NCBI GenBank assembly: GCA_965198115.1
Contig: OZ240241.1
Coordinates: 64,001-128,000 of the forward strand
DNA from: Candidatus Latescibacterota bacterium
GTDB taxonomy: Bacteria; Latescibacterota; UBA2968
Direction of reading: 5' to 3'
DNA length: 64,000 nucleotides
Shown here: piece after piece, positions 43,574-56,355 of the stretch
Numbering within the stretch: position 1 is the first letter of the stretch
Layout of the letters: each line of letters begins with the position of its first letter
The notes under the pieces: model-generated
Databases searched by the model: none
Told to the model about the DNA's origin: nothing
The model's input: only the letters and a program-made list of their open reading frames with translations
Translations under genes and position numbers: made by a program

Positions 43574-43693
43574 TGAAAAATAGACGACAGTTGTCAAGGC
43601 CATGCGGCGGCATTTGCTTGCGATGTCTTGAGGCGCCGGCACGTGGCTCAGCCCCAAACCGCCCTACCACCCGCCAACCAGGAGTGACTGACA

Positions 43694-46600
43694 ATGTTCG
43701 GCGACTTCACCCGTCGTATCCGGCCCGCACACCTCGCATGGCCGCTCTTTGCTCTGCTGCTTTTTTCCCATTCCCAAGGATCGGCCCAGGTGACATTGAC
43801 CGGCACCGTGGTGGATGCCGACGATGGCCTCGGATTGCCCGGAGCCAACATTGTCGTTGAGGATGCCGTGACGGGAGGCGCCATCACCGATGCGCAGGGC
43901 GCCTTCAGAGTCGACGTCGACCGCCTGCCCGCGACCTTGATCGTCAGTCATATCGGCTACGAGACGAACAGGGTGGTTGTCAGCGAAAACGTGGCCATCG
44001 AAATCATGCTGCGCGGGGTCGCTGTGGAAATGGAGGAGCTGGTTATCGTCGGCAGTCGCGCGGAGGGGCGCTCGGTCACCAAGTCGGCCGTACCGGTCGA
44101 CGTCATCCGGGCTGAGGACTTCGCCCGCCAGGGCAGTATCGACCTGGCAGATCAGTTGCGGACCGTCGTCCCCTCCTTCAACATCAACATTCAGCCGATC
44201 AGCGACGCGGCGACCATCGTCCGGCCGGCGAACCTGCGCAACTTGGCGCCCGATCACACGCTGATCCTGGTCAACGGCAAGCGCCGCCACCGCGCGGCGG
44301 TCATCGCTTGGCTCGGCAACGGTATCGCGGACGGCTCGCAGGGGCCGGATATTTCCGTCATCCCCTCGATTGCGATCCGGCAGGCCGAGGTACTGCGCGA
44401 CGGCGCTGCGGCACAGTACGGCTCGGACGCCATCGCCGGCGTCATGAACTTCCAACTCAAAAATGCCCGATCGGGCGGTAGCCTGGAGTTGCGTACAGGA
44501 GCCTACCGCGATGCGAGCCCGGGCGACACGTCAACCTGCGGGGAAGGAATCATCGGCGACATCAAGCATTCCTGTAACGGGATCGGCGGACATGGCCGCC
44601 GGTTCACGATCGCCGGCAATGTCGGGCTGCCGCTCGGTCCGAACGGGTTCGTGAACCTCAGTATGGAGTACGGCAACGCCAGTCCGACCAGCCGCAGCAT
44701 TCAGCGCAACGATGCGCAGGCCATCATCGCAGCCGGCAATACAAACCTGCGCAACACGGCGCAGGTCTGGGGATCGCCGGAAATCGAGGACGACCTGAAG
44801 CTGTTCGGCAACTTCGGCTACCTGTTCGACAACGGATTTCAGTTCTACGGCCACAGCAACTTCACGAGCCGCAGGGTGACCGGCGGATTCTACTTCCGCA
44901 ATCCGCATACGCGCGGCGGCGTGTTCCGCGGTCACAGACTTCACCCCATCTCTCGCCTCAACGTATACAACGCCGACGGCGTGTTCACGAATTTCCCCGA
45001 TCCCAAGGAGCTCGACCCCGAGGAGTCTGATCACCGCGACGCCATCGTTTACGATGCAAACGGCCAAGTCGCGAGCCTCCCCGGGCAGGCGGGCACCCCT
45101 TCGCTCCTCGTCGGCGACCGGCGCTGGGCCGAGACCGGCGCCTACGCCGCAGGCGGCTGCGCCACGATCCCGATCGTCGGCAACGTTCCGGATGCGGCCG
45201 CCCTCAGGGCGGTCGAGGACGACCCGAACTGCTTCACGCTCTACAGCCGGTTCCCCGGCGGGTTCACGCCGCAGTTCGGCGGCGACCTCATCGACTATTC
45301 ACTGGTCAGTGGCCTTCGCGGGTCCATGAGCAACGGCTTGATTTGGGATGCGAGCGTCAACATCGGCACCAGCGACGTTAAACAGTTCATCTTCGATACG
45401 GTCAACGCGTCGCTCGGCTACGACACGCCGACGTCGTTCAAGCCGGGAAGCTACCGGCAGGACGATATCAACTCCAACTTCGACGTCTCGTACCAGGTCA
45501 ACGATTTCGTGCACGCCGCGGGCGGCGCGGAGTGGCGCCAGGAAAAGTTCACGATCGGCGGGGGCGGGCGGCCGTCGTGGGAGATCGGTCCGTATGCCGC
45601 ACAGGGCTTCAGTTCCGGTTCGAACGGCTTCAACGGCTACCGGGAAGACACGACGGCGGGGGACTGGAGCCGCAGCAACATTGCGGCCTACGGGGACGTC
45701 GAGTTCACCGACCCGGGCGACCGGTGGATGATCGGTACAGCCGTCCGGTTTGAAAACTTCGAGGACTTCGGCACAACGACGAACGGCAAGGTCTCAGGGC
45801 GCGTCGGGTTGACCGACGCGGTCTCTCTTCGCGCCGCGGTCAGCAGCGGGTTCCGCGCGCCGACTCCGGGGCAACAGAACGCGTTCAACGTGACGACCGC
45901 GTTCATCGGAGGGCAGTTGACCAACAACGGCGTTGTCCCGTCCACGTCCGCGGTGGCCATCGAAAGGGGCGGCGAGCAGCTCCAGCCTGAGAAGTCGCTC
46001 AACTACAGCGCAGGCGCAGTGGTCGAGCAGGGGCCGCTCACCTTCACCGCCGACTTCTTCCGCATCGACATCGACGACCGCCTCGCCCTTTCCCAAGAAA
46101 TCAAACTGACGGAAAGCGAGATCCAGACGCTGCTCGCGGAAGGGATTGCCGAGGCGCAGAATTTCCCGGTGTTCCGGTTCTTCCTGAACGACTTTTCGAC
46201 GACGACCCAGGGCATCGACCTGATTTCGACCCTGGCGGTCGGGTCCACGACGTTCAGCGCGGTCTTCAACTACACGGACACGGCGATCAAAAACGTCGAA
46301 GCCGACACCGCCATCGATGAATTCCGCATCTATACGCTGGAACAGGGACTGCCGAAGACCCGGTGGAACTTGACCGTCAACCACACCGCCGCACGGTGGA
46401 GCCTGCTGGCCCGCCTGAGCTACTTCGGCGAGTTCTGGGACAGCGAGGATGCGCGGAACGCGAACGACCTGGGCGCCGTGAGCGAATCCGTTCTGTATCC
46501 GGCCTATTCCGGCAAGGCGCTGCTCGACGTCGAGCTCGGTATTCCGCTCGTCAGCGGCGCCACGCTGGCGCTCGGCGTCCAGAACGTGCTGAACACCTAC

Positions 46601-46720
46601 CCCGAGGTGAACAAGAACGGCGCGGACACGGTGGGCAACCAGTACGGCCAGTTCTCGCCGTTCGGCTTCAACGGCGCCTACTACTACACCCGTCTCGGTT
46701 ATTCCTTTGACAAGCCGTAG
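43694..46720 (+). CDS. TonB-dependent receptor with N-terminal carboxypeptidase-regulatory-like domain
   Basis: Signal peptide; GTVVDA..LPGANI; plug LVNGKRRH..VLRDGAAAQYGSDAIAGV; terminal beta-strand YYYTRLGYSF. Confidence 0.93.
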   Translation: MFGDFTRRIRPAHLAWPLFALLLFSHSQGSAQVTLTGTVVDADDGLGLPGANIVVEDAVTGGAITDAQGAFRVDVDRLPATLIVSHIGYETNRVVVSENVAIEIMLRGVAVEMEELVIVGSRAEGRSVTKSAVPVDVIRAEDFARQGSIDLADQLRTVVPSFNINIQPISDAATIVRPANLRNLAPDHTLILVNGKRRHRAAVIAWLGNGIADGSQGPDISVIPSIAIRQAEVLRDGAAAQYGSDAIAGVMNFQLKNARSGGSLELRTGAYRDASPGDTSTCGEGIIGDIKHSCNGIGGHGRRFTIAGNVGLPLGPNGFVNLSMEYGNASPTSRSIQRNDAQAIIAAGNTNLRNTAQVWGSPEIEDDLKLFGNFGYLFDNGFQFYGHSNFTSRRVTGGFYFRNPHTRGGVFRGHRLHPISRLNVYNADGVFTNFPDPKELDPEESDHRDAIVYDANGQVASLPGQAGTPSLLVGDRRWAETGAYAAGGCATIPIVGNVPDAAALRAVEDDPNCFTLYSRFPGGFTPQFGGDLIDYSLVSGLRGSMSNGLIWDASVNIGTSDVKQFIFDTVNASLGYDTPTSFKPGSYRQDDINSNFDVSYQVNDFVHAAGGAEWRQEKFTIGGGGRPSWEIGPYAAQGFSSGSNGFNGYREDTTAGDWSRSNIAAYGDVEFTDPGDRWMIGTAVRFENFEDFGTTTNGKVSGRVGLTDAVSLRAAVSSGFRAPTPGQQNAFNVTTAFIGGQLTNNGVVPSTSAVAIERGGEQLQPEKSLNYSAGAVVEQGPLTFTADFFRIDIDDRLALSQEIKLTESEIQTLLAEGIAEAQNFPVFRFFLNDFSTTTQGIDLISTLAVGSTTFSAVFNYTDTAIKNVEADTAIDEFRIYTLEQGLPKTRWNLTVNHTAARWSLLARLSYFGEFWDSEDARNANDLGAVSESVLYPAYSGKALLDVELGIPLVSGATLALGVQNVLNTYPEVNKNGADTVGNQYGQFSPFGFNGAYYYTRLGYSFDKP

Positions 46721-46794
46721 TCTCTAAACGCTACGTTGCGCTGGCGTTCGCTTGCCGAGCTGGTATCCGGCACCTGGAGGTCTCTCGGGCCGAG

Positions 46795-46890
46795 GTTGGC
46801 GCTCTCCACCGTGACCGCGCACGGACAGGTCGTACTCGATCTGGATGTCGCGACAGGCAACCAGGGCGTCCGTGAGCGGACTGTCAAACG
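46795..46890 (+). pseudogene. Fragment paralogous to the N-terminus of the cohesin-like gene
   Basis: AHGQVVLDLDVATGNQGVRERTV versus AAGQVLLDLDASPGDQGVRERTV. Confidence 0.6.
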
Positions 46891-46956
46891 ATTTCGTTTG
46901 CTTCGGCGATTTCCGACGTTGGGTGGGTGTAAAACGCACGAGTGCTCTCCCAGCCT

Positions 46957-47344
46957 GGACGACATAAACCTTCCCATCGCGGAACTCGAGCCCGTGTGAA
47001 CTCGACTTGCCATCGTCCCCATTCATTTGACGACCCGCGGTCACGCCAGTACCCGGATCCGGATACCGTGCAATCGTCTTTCCGTTGGCTGGGTCGATCT
47101 TTACGATCTCGAGATCATAGGTCGAAGCGATCCAGACAGCGTCATCGCCTAGGGTAATGCCGCTCGAATGCTCCGTTTCCGTGTCGAACTCGTGCAAGAC
47201 CTCGCCGCTGTCCCAGTCCAGCTTATGAACTTTCAGATTTACTTGATCGATACACCAAAGCGCATCATCGGCCGCCTGAAGTCCGTTCGGTTGGGGTCCG
47301 GGACTCTGGAATCTCTTGTCGACCGACGCAGTATACTTTGCCAT
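46957..47344 (-). pseudogene. Truncated paralog of the beta-propeller gene at 21911
   Basis: MAKYTASVDKRFQSPGPQPNG..HGLEFRDGKVYV; similar upstream sequence. Confidence 0.8.
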
Positions 47345-47406
47345 CTCGCGTCTCCTCATCATTCGTGGGAAAGGACACGCCAAAATGCGGCATCAATCAC
47401 CCGAAC

Positions 47407-50250
47407 TCAAGAAGAGGGAATCGTTGTCACAGAATCGGCCGTGCGCGCGAAAATGTGCTCAACCCCCGCTGCGTCTCTTCCGTCCCGGCCATCTTTTCCC
47501 TGAGCGCCCTGTCCACCATCCTCGCCGCGTAGATCACTAACGTCCGTCGATCCCAGCACCACCGGAGCCGTGAAGTCACTCCATTGTGAGGTGCCAGTGT
47601 TCCAGGATCTGGCAGTCCGCCAGATGACGACGGACCCTGAAGTTGGTTTTATCCTCGGAATCGAATCGAAGTCAGTCCAGCCGCTCGGCACAAAGTCGTC
47701 ATTTACGCGGTCGGCTTCCGACGGATATGTTGGGGCTTGAGGCGGACTGGCAAGCAGGCTCCATTTGTAGAATTCCTGCGGCGGTTTTCCCGATTCTCCC
47801 TGGGCACCGTCCTCGCCTTCGACTCGAATAGGTGTGTCGTGCACCCATTCCGTCGCAAGTATGGTGCGGACACAGGAGTAAAGGGGCGTCGCCCGTGGGC
47901 GGGTCTGTGGACCACCCGGTGTCGGGCGCGGGATAGTTTGCTGGATTCCTGTCGGCTGGCTGGTTGGCCGGTTTTGGGGTGTCGTGGTCTGCCGTTTGTA
48001 GATGACGTCGATGTTTGTTGCGGTGGCCACGAGGCGAGGCGTCGAGAAGGTCAGGGATGTGTCGGTCCCTCCGGCCGTCGCCGTGGCGCCGACGGTGGAG
48101 GCGAACACATATTCGAGTTTCGGATTGAGGTTGTCCGGCCACTCTAGTGTCACGTCCCGCGTATAAGCTTCAAAAGTTTATGGACTTTTCTCGAGGATTG
48201 AATCTGCCGTGGCGGTCCAGACGAAGGGTGTAGAATTCTCGTTGTAGTGATCAGTGAATTTCTTGATGCAGGCGATCAGGTCCTTGACGCTTCTGAAGGT
48301 GCCTCGTCGAATGGCTCTTTGGGTGATGATACCGAACCAGATCTCTACCTGGTTCAGCCAGGAGGCATATGTTGGTGTGTAGTGCACGTGATATCGTTTC
48401 CGTGAGGCGAGCCAACGCTTGACGTTCGGGTGCTTGTGCGTGCCGTAATTATCGACGACCAGATGGATGTCGAGATCCTTTGGGACGTTCTTGTCGATGT
48501 GCTTGAGGAACTGAAGGAACTCTTTGTTGCGGTGTCTGGGCTTGCACTGAGTCAGAACTTTGCCGGATGCGATGTTGAGCGCTGCAAAGAGGGTGGTCGT
48601 GCCGTTCCGGATATAGCTGTGAGTGACGCCCTCGACGTATCCGAGACCCAAAGGAAGAATCGGTTGTGTCCGTTCGAGTGCTTGAATCTGGCTCTTCTCG
48701 TCTACACAGAGCACCATCGCGTTGTCCGGTGGGTTCAGGTATAGACCGACGATATCCCTGACTTTCTCGACGAAGAAGGGATCGTTCGACAGTTTGAAGT
48801 GCTTCTGTCGATGCGGTTGCAGTCCAAAAGCTTTCCATACACGTTGAACCGAGGACTTGGAGAGCCCCGTCTCGTCGGCCATCGAACGACAGGTCCAGTG
48901 GGTGGCACCCTTCGGTTGCTTCTTGAGCGTCTTGTAGATGAGGGAGGAGATCTCTTCGTCGCTGACCGACCGTGGCCCTCCAGGACGCAATTCGTCATAC
49001 AGTCCCATCAAGCCTTGCTCGCAGAAGCGACGACGCCACTTGCCGACAGACGCTCCGGACAACCCGACTCGTTCCGCGATCTCCTGATTGGTCAGACCGC
49101 AATCGCTCATCAAGACGATCTTCGCGCGACGCACCAAAGCGTGAGACATGCTACGCGAACGAGACAATGACTCGAGTTGATCGTGGACCTCATCACTGAT
49201 GTTCAGTGGCTGTAACGGACGACCTCTAGCCATCGGTTCCTCCCAAGAATGAGTGCTTGAGGAACCATACGACAGAATCGAATATTTTTCTAGTTATTCC
49301 TGGGACGTGACACTAGAGACCATGGCGACGCAAGGCCGGTAAATGTGCTCGTGGCAAAGTCGTAGTTGGTGGCCGTGGGGAGGGGCAGGGCGACGCCGCC
49401 CCCGAGCGCTGACGCCGTTTCGGTGACTGTGGCTTTGCGAAACACGATGAGCTCTGCCACAGACAGGCCGGCTATTCCCTGTGCTTGTTCGCCGGGTGTG
49501 ACTGTGGCCTTGACTTCGCCCGAAGCGTTTCCCCATGTGTCGATGTGTCTTATCCAGACGTCGAGTGTGTCTGTGGCGAGGCCGGGACGGGAGTAGGACG
49601 AGCCGGCTCTGGTGGCGCGTAGTGTGGCGTCGGTGAACGCCGTTCCCGTCGCGGCGTCGTAGACTTCTGTGTGGTGGTAGTCGGTGTCGGGGGATGCCGT
49701 CCACGTTGCCTGGTATCCCGCGGGCAGGGAGGTGATGGTGAAGTTTTCGGGATCTGCCGGCGGGATCTGGTCGCCCTCTACAATGACGGCTGCGGCGGCG
49801 GTCCAGTTCGACGAGATGTTTTCTCGGGACACATGGCGGAGTTGGTATTCAAAGTCGCTTGGGGGCAGGGGTGCGACGCGTATGGGAGACTCGGGGCTGT
49901 TTAGAAAAATCCACTGTGTGTCTTCGGCTTTGCGGTATCGGAGGTCGGTGTTCGTGGTGACCGTGTCGCCCCACCCGATTGTGAATCCTGCAATGGACGT
50001 TCCGTCTTGGATTTTTTCGATAAAGGCCGTGGCCGTGACGCCCGTGGGGATCGCGACGTCGGTAGGGTCGGCGATGTCGACGGTGTCGGAAAAAATGCCC
50101 GGGGGTGCGGCTTGCGCCTCGATGCTGACGGACCAGTTGTCGTTGACGGTGACGGTTAACACCTCGGCAAAGAAATCCGAAAGTCCGTTTTCGGTGTCGT
50201 TGATTTTATGCGGTCCGTGGGCCTGACTTTCAACCAGCTGTAGTCCGATC
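47407..50250 (-). pseudogene. Phage tail/host-specificity protein fragment (Fn3-like, short collagen-like runs) split by IS630
   Basis: IS removal joins ..ASPWSL|EWPDNLNP..; GDQIPPADP, WIRHIDTWGN, GEDGGQGAQGKDGRDG. Confidence 0.6.
48145..49315 (-). mobile_element. IS630-family element (type B)
   Basis: TIR TAGTGTCACGTCCC at both ends in a CTAG target; VDEKSQIQ, VDNYGTH, ASWLNQVE. Confidence 0.93.
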
Positions 50251-50326
50251 CCGGAGCCACGGTGTAGGCAAAGCGCTTGTATGCGTGTGCCCTGCGCAGG
50301 GCAATGGCCATTAGACGGTCTGCCGC

Positions 50327-51700
50327 GAGCTCAGGTCAATAGGTGTGTAAAAGAAATCAGGCGGCCATCTTCCCGGCTTCGACCTGCGGTCCGGTTGAGT
50401 GTTTCTGATCGTAGACTTGTTGTAGCAAGTGTGGCGCGGTGAGTTTCCTGAATCGGCTCTCTGCGACCTTGAGCGTACGCCAGATGAGAGCCGTGGCGTT
50501 CCTGACTTTCTTGAATCGCCTGGCGGCGTTTGTGCGAAGCCGAACGGAAGCAAAGGGGCTCTCGACGACGTTCGTGGTTCTCAGGTGTTTCCAGTGTTCC
50601 TTCGGGAAGTCGTAGAACGTGACCATCCGATCCCAGTTTCTTTCGAGCGTCTCCACGGCGGCAGGGAACTGTGAGCGATACCGTGCGGCAAAGCGTTTCC
50701 GGAGCTTCTCGGCCTCCTTTTTCGTGCCGGCATAGGGGATCTGGACGAGCAGTGCGCGGGCTTCAGCCTGTGCACGCTTGGCGACCTTGTCGAGCACGTT
50801 GAGGATCTTGTGGTTCCAGCACCGTTGTTGCCGGCTCTCTGGCCAGACCTGATCAACGGCCGCCCAGATGCCCATATTCCCGTCCGCGGCGATCAGGACA
50901 GGATGTTCGAGCCCGCGATCCCGGAGATCCCGGAGCACCGTGAGCCAGGATTCTGTAGACTCTCGATAACCGGGTTCTATCGCCAGGATCTCCTTGCTGC
51001 CGTCGCTCATCGCGCCGATCACGACCAGCAGACACGCCTTCTCGCGCTCGAGCCCGGCTTTGACGTAGATGCCATCAGCCCAGGCGTAGACCAGTTCGCG
51101 ATTATCCAGACGCCTTTCTTTCCAGTCCTGGAAGTCGACCTCCCACTTCCCTCGAAGACGAGCGATCGAGGTCGGCGAAAGCGGCGCGCCATCACCGAGC
51201 AGCGCACGCAAAGACAACTCGAAGTCGCCCTGGGAGAGACCGTGGAGATAAAGGTCGGGAAGCAGATCTCCAATGGCCCTGGTTCTCCGGGCGAACAGGG
51301 GGAGGATGCGGCTTTCAAACCGCTCTTCCAGACCACGAGCCCGGGGACGCCGGACCTTGATCGTTCCGCAGCTCGTCGAGAGACGCCGGGGCTTGCCGTA
51401 GCCGTTCCTGTAGCCCGTGGAGCTATCGACCTCGGCTCGGCGCTCATACCACGACCGGCCCAAGAACGCGGTCGCCTCCTCCTCCAGAATGGACTGGAAC
51501 CGGCCCTGGATCTCTTCACGGATCCAATCGTCAACCGTCTCCCACGTCGGCATGGACTTCAATGGGGCTCTATGCGTATGTTCCTTCACGGCGATCCTCC
51601 TTCCCAACCGGGCCTCTCACCCGGTTTTGTGTGAATCAACTATCTCACGGGAAGGGTAGGGTCGCCCTTTCTCTTTTTCCACACCTTTTGATTATAGCTC
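50327..51700 (-). mobile_element. IS256 type A, intact copy
   Basis: Near-identical to 9220-10593. Confidence 0.93.
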
Positions 51701-51859
51701 TCGATGTCTTTGACCTCATAAATGCGCTACTTAACCAAGCTCGACTTCGTCGAATCAGAGCGGATGAATGTCTATATCCTGCAAGTCATGTCGATCTTAT
51801 GTCAGGGCTACTGCTCACCCAAATATCTCTACTACCTTCTCCCGGGACACTGCGAAGTG

Positions 51860-53080
51860 AGGTGCTTATACCGAATGTGGAAGACTTCAGAGACCGTTGG
51901 GATCGGGCTGTCGATGCGCTTGCGACAGCGGTAGAGACTCTTCGGCACCCCCAAATGTATGGTTCGATATCGTCAAAGTACCTTCCCTACGTTTCGATTC
52001 TTCCTGCCTTCGCTGCGTTACAAATTGCACGTTCCTCCAACCGGCAGCTTGGATGCGAACGAAAGATTCGACATTGGTACTGGGCAAGTGTATTTACCAA
52101 TCGCTACTCGGGATCGGTAGAATCAACAAGCGCCCGAGACTACCTTGATGTAAAGGCGTGGTTCGACAACGACGCGGCAGAGCCTGCTCTTATTGCCGAA
52201 TTCAAAGCGCGATTCAGGGGGCTTGAGTTACGTCGTGAGACCCGTCGAGGAACTTCCGTTTATAACGGGGTTTTCAACCTGCTCGTGCTTAGGGGGGCTC
52301 AAGATTGGATGACGGGTCACGCGCCGAAGTACGATGATCTGGATGATCATCACATAGTACCCAAGAGTTGGGGCAGTGATCGAAAGCTTGAAACTTCTAT
52401 CGATAGTATTCTTAACCGAACGCCTTTAACTGCTGACACGAATCGGAATGTCATTCGCGAACGCTTGCCGAATGCCTATCTGCCAGAATTAATCAAAAAT
52501 AATGGGGAGGGCACGGTCTGCGCTACGCTGGAGTCTCACTTCATCTCGCCAAAGGCATTCGATATACTGCTGCGTGATCCTTTCACCGAAACCGACTTCG
52601 AGGAGTTTCTCGTTGAACGTCAGAGAACGCTTCAGGAAGCCATTGAGGGCCTGCTCGTGAAGGAAAGGCTGGACCTGCCGCCACAACTTAGAGAGTTAGA
52701 CGCACAGGTGGAGGCAGTCGAGCTTTCTCTAAGACAGATCGTAAACGAAGAACTCAACGGCCAAAACGCCGACATTCCCTCTCACGTAGCACAGAAGATT
52801 ACCGATAGGTTGCAGACGGCATCGAGAAGGAATCCTGCTTTGGACGCCGATCACTACGAAAGTCTTGAGGGAAGACTTGAATATGCTGACTTACGTGATT
52901 TACAGGATACCGTCACGAACAAGGGGCTGTGGTCGAGGTTCGAGCCACGCTTGGGGAATAAGGAGGCCCTCGTGCACCGTTTCGGGCAACTCGCTGAGCT
53001 TCGCAATGGAATCCGACACAGCCGGACGGTGGACGAGATGACGCGCAAGGATTGGGAAGCAGCCCTCTTTTTTTCCAAAG
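51860..53080 (+). pseudogene. GmrSD (DUF262)-type nuclease C-terminal part with Swt1/HEPN-like tail
   Basis: WYWASVF..RYSGS, DDHHIVP..N..TN (HNH-like), C-terminal RNGIRH. Confidence 0.7.
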
Positions 53081-53422
53081 GTATTGACCTGCCCCCACCT
53101 TTGTGTCCACATCCAAAGTTAGGATGCGGCCGCGATGGGCGGTTTGATGACCGCCGGTGCGGGTGGCCGCCGCGATGCTTATCGCTTGGCTCACTGGGGA
53201 CTTTGCGAAGGCTTCGTCGGCTACGGGCACTGGAGTCGTCTTTCCGTTTCTACGTCGAGAATTCTTGAGCGCATCGGTGGATCGTCAGGTCGGGCGTCCC
53301 GATCCGCTTTCACGCCTCTCGCCGGCTGCCACCCGCCCAGCTTGAGGGGGGGACCGATCCAGGGGCCGTGGCCTTCACCTCTCCTTGGGGTTCCCGGTCC
53401 GATTGACCATCGCTCGTCGGAG

Positions 53423-53765
53423 CTTAGTACTCCTGTTCGCAAATACGGTGACGTATTCTAAGCAGACTTTGCCAAGGGCGTATCGTAGAACCTGAGTTTG
53501 TCGATCATCTCCGCGAGATCTGTTCGTGTGAACTTCCATTTGAAGGGTGTGGCGATACGTCCGTAGCGTTCCTGAAAACCGAGGATTCTTGCCTCAAGCT
53601 CTTCGAGCGATGCAAATTCGATAGGTGTCAGAGCCTTGCGTTTGAGGATCGAGAAGTAGATCTCGATCTGATTGAGCCAGCTTGCGTGGATCGGAAGGTG
53701 AACGGGGTGGATGTTTGGCCACTTCCCCTGGATACGGTCGATGCATGTTTGCCCTCGGTGCGAGG
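53423..53765 (-). mobile_element. IS630 type A 3' fragment
   Basis: Matches the last ~340 bp of type A. Confidence 0.88.
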
Positions 53766-54093
53766 GTCGCAAGAGATCGTCTTCGTCGAACGCCGCCCTG
53801 AACGACGGCGGGCATCAGCTTGTATCCGTCCTTCCGCCTCCGGCCTGAAAGTCGCCCAGGTCCTGATCGTAGAGGCGCTCGAGCAGGGCCTCCCTCCGGC
53901 TCTTCGGCAGGGCTTTGAAGTTCCGCGCGTCATCGGGGACCGGCGCTACCGCCGCGACGGTAGAGGCCCGGCCGTCGACCCACACCACGAGGTGCGACAG
54001 CTCCTCACTGCAGCCGCCTGAAACCATCACATGCCGCTGTCCAATTTCAACAGCGAAAAAGACATTGCCGATACATAGGTGGGGGCAGGTCAC

Positions 54094-56130
54094 GGTGTTG
54101 TGCCTATCCTAGTTGAAACTTAGTACTCCTGTTCTCAAATACGGTGACGTATTCTAAGCAGACTTTGCCAAGGGCGTATCGTAGAACCTGAGTTTGTCGA
54201 TCATCTCCGCGAGATCTGTTCGTGTGAACTTCCATTTGAAGGGTGTGGCGATACGTCCGTAGCGTTCCTGAAAACCGAGGATTCTTGCCTCAAGCTCTTC
54301 GAGCGATGCAAATTCGATAGGTGTCAGAGCCTTGCGTTTGAGGATCGAGAAGTAGATCTCGATCTGATTGAGCCAGCTTGCGTGGATCGGAAGGTGAACG
54401 GGGTGGATGTTTGGCCACTTCCCCTGGATACGGTCGATGCATGTTTGCCCTCGGTGCGAGGAGCCATTATCCACGATGAGGTAGACTTTCTTTGCCGAGC
54501 AATAGGGTTTCCGGCTCATGATCAGGCTCAGGAGCCGGTTGAAGGGCTCGATACCCGAAGAAGACTCACAGAGACCGAAGATTCGACCATTGTGCACGTC
54601 GAGAGCAGCCAGATAGGCCAGGGCTCCTTTCCGCTCGTATTCGTGTTTCAACGCGTGCCGCTCTGTTCGAGGCTGGCGGTAGGGTAACGTGCTTGCGAGC
54701 TCGTGCTTGAATACTGGTCTTTTCGTCGGCAGAAAGTACATATTCCCTCGGCCCTAAAGGCTTTCCTTGCCATTGGCGGTGATACAGATCAAGGACTCTA
54801 CCTGCTTTGGTTTGGAAGTCCGGGTCCCGTGGGAAAATCCAGGAGCGATGATACCAAGGACGAATCGCGTCCTCGTTCAACCAGCGCCAGACAGTGGCGC
54901 CGCTGATCTTGGCAACGAAGCCCCTTTGCACTGCCTCGGCGGCAATCTCGGAACAGCTGAACCGCGAGAGCGGTATCCCGCTCTCGCTCGGTAGTTCACA
55001 CGCCAGCGCCTTGATCTGAACGACCACCTGAGGGGGGAAAACCGGGCGGGCGCCCGGGACGAGATCTATCTTCGAGTCCCGAAAGACGCTCTTCGAAAAA
55101 GCGCTTACGCCATTTGCTTACGATCGGACGCGGGACATCCAACCGTTGGGCGATAATCTTGTTGGATAATCCCTCGGCGGCGAGAAGCACGATTTTCGAT
55201 CGGATCACTTGATAATACGGTAACGTATATTGTCCAGCCATTCGCTCGAGGTCGACCCGTTCCTTCTCAGACAGTAGCACCACATAAGGCGAACGTCTTG
55301 GCATTGTTCTCCTCCTTTTGAAGGAGAACATAAGCTACAAATAATGTTCAGGACATACGTAATAATATTTATGAAACTATGCACTTAGAGGGCTCCAAAC
55401 TTACGTTGGGTAGACGTGTAGGAGCGTATACCCGTAAGAAAGGAGCCCAGATGGAGAAGCTATTTGTAGGCGATGGTGAAGTCAAGGTTGAGGGCGATGT
55501 CATCGATTTGGAGACGCGTTTGTCGGTGATCCAGGCGTTGATCCCGTTGGGTCTGGAGGCAGTGGCAGACCTCCTCCAGCAGGAGGTCGAGCAGCTCGCA
55601 GGCGTTCGGTATGCGCGCAAAGGTTCGGAGCAGGCGCATCGTCGGTGGGGAAGCCAGAAGGGATCCGTGTATCTGATGGACCAGAAGCTCCCGTTAGACG
55701 TTCCCCGGGTGCGCGACGTCAAGGCCGACGCAGAGGTTTCCTGGCTGCATACCGGGCTCTACAGACGCCCAAGAAGACGGACGAGGGGCTGTTGCTTCGT
55801 GTTCTCAAGGGGATCTCGTGCCGCAACTACAAGGCCTGTGCCGAATCGGTTCCAGAAGCGTTTGGTATCTCAGCGTCCTCCGTCTCGCGGCGGTTCATCA
55901 AAGCCACCGCGAAGAAGCTGAAGCAGTTCCAGGAGCGTCCCCTCGACGACTACGGCTTCGTGACCCTGTTCATTGACGGAAAGAGCTTTGCCGACGAAGA
56001 GATCGTGATCGCTCTGGGGGTCACGATTGGACGGCCAGAAGATCCCCCTGGGCTTCGTCGAATCGGCGACGGAGAACGAACGGATCTGCCGCCAGCTGAT
56101 CCAGGACCTCATCCGGAGAGGCCTGTGCTA
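54094..56130 (+). mobile_element. IS256-family type B 5' part (frameshifted, truncated)
   Basis: End GGTGTTGTGCCTATCCTAGTTGAAA; ORF from 55451 with VPRVRD, GISCRNY, LFIDGKSF. Confidence 0.8.
54119..55388 (-). mobile_element. IS630 type A copy inserted in the left end of IS256 type B
   Basis: CTTAG flanks; near-identical to the other copies. Confidence 0.92.
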
Positions 56131-56355
56131 GCCGGGACCACGTCTTGCGATGCGTTTTTTTGGAACGCCAGGCTTGCCCAACACATCGAGGTTAGAATTT
56201 TTGGAAAACGCGTAACACATCTTGTCTTGGGGGGTTATTGACCACACTCCGATTGCTGTTACCAGTCGTCTTATTTATTCGTAACTAATTGTCGTGCAGT
56301 GAAGTATGCGATTCATGCAGCTGGCATCAGGACTGGATAAGCAAGGTGGAGCAGA

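Noticed and set aside
51562-53268. 568-aa intact ORF
   Set aside because: The N-terminus reads through the IS256 end and the C-terminus is unrelated; only ~51860-53080 is GmrSD-like.
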